Below, piece after piece: positions 63,261-64,000 of a DNA stretch of 64,000 nucleotides. How positions within the stretch are numbered: the first letter of the stretch is position 1; each line of letters opens with the position of its first letter. The translations under genes were made by a program, and so were the position numbers. The DNA comes from Oopsacas minuta (Eukaryota; Animalia; Porifera), in NCBI GenBank assembly GCA_024704765.1, contig JAKMXF010000188.1, positions 248,001 through 312,000 on the forward strand, in the 5' to 3' direction. The notes under the pieces were generated by a model that worked only from the letters and a program-made list of their open reading frames with translations, ran no database searches and was not told where the DNA came from.

Positions 63261-63494
63261 TCGTGTTTTTCAAAATTTGGATTAATCATATGTAAATTCA
63301 TTGTTGTTTTTATGAATATATAGTAAACAAATTTCAAATTGGTGTAGTATCATATTTTTTAACGGACTATACTGCGGTAATCGAGTATGCTGAGTCCAAA
63401 TGTGATATTGTATACAACATTTCATAAAATTTATTCACTTTTGGGGACATAAAGTAAGCAGATTTAAAGATTATGGCAGTTTCATTTTTGCTAC

Positions 63495-64000
63495 GGGTAA
63501 GATTATGAAGTTTATGTACTCGAGGGCCGTATGCACGAGTGTGGCACGAAGTGTTTGCAACCGCGTAGCAAGAGCAAGCGAAGCGCGCGCTCGTTTGATA
63601 AATATATGAATTCGTTGCAAACTAGCTGAAAGGATTTGAACTGTTTGGGAATGTTTGCAACTGGTTGAATTTATTTGAATGTGCTGGAACTTTTCGCAAA
63701 TGTTCGGAACTAGTTTAATATGTGTTTTACTGCGTTGGTAACTATTGGAATGTGTTATACCTGGTTTGAATGTTTTGGAATTAGTTGGAAACTTAAATTT
63801 ATGACTATTCAAATGTCTATCCATTTACATTCACTTGTTTATTATTTTATTTCAGTTTCCCTCGTGTATTTATCTCTTTATCATATATAGTGGATTCCAG
63901 AGAATATTGTTATGTGGTTTAGAAGTTTGGCTATTTGTTTAGAATAGCAAATAATTCTCAATTTTTGAAGAGAATAATTTGCTAAGTAGTAGTATATCTC
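63495..64000 (-). repeat. Inverted copy of the 46821-47290 repeat, running off the window end
   Basis: Reverse complement is near-identical to 46821-47290, with about 30 extra bases in the 10-bp-periodic core. Confidence 0.92.

Noticed and set aside
63039-63337. Three ORFs with periodic peptide repeats
   Set aside because: Products of a 10-bp minisatellite, not genes.

Overview
AT-rich, intron-poor eukaryotic (animal-type) nuclear DNA with GT-AG introns and dense transposon debris; no prokaryotic features or CRISPR array. The decayed NHL-repeat genes, compact genes and low intron number suggest a sponge, possibly a glass sponge (inference only). Recognisable genes in order: 3' end of NFRKB, a short PARG with an atypical catalytic loop, a PAQR/membrane-progestin-receptor-like gene, hexokinase (6 exons, with a fossil hAT transposase in intron 5), TIMM29, EPS8-like (5 exons), two head-to-head NHL pseudogenes, scrambled COLGALT fragments, a class-II O-methyltransferase (3 exons), PSMC4/Rpt3 (2 exons), an intact DD37D Tc1/mariner (maT) element, an ABCC pseudogene fragment, DET1, DNAJB11 (4 exons), a carbohydrate sulfotransferase, and a ~1310-codon glycine-rich multidomain gene broken by two single-base frameshifts. 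Best leads: the PH / degenerate-WW / Gly-rich gene; a circularly permuted COLGALT fragment with a 36-bp perfect hairpin; two tRNA-like modules with shared flanks but different anticodons (one UUA); and AG acceptor-like sites just upstream of most start codons (possible SL trans-splicing). All assignments come from motif recognition by eye; no searches were run.
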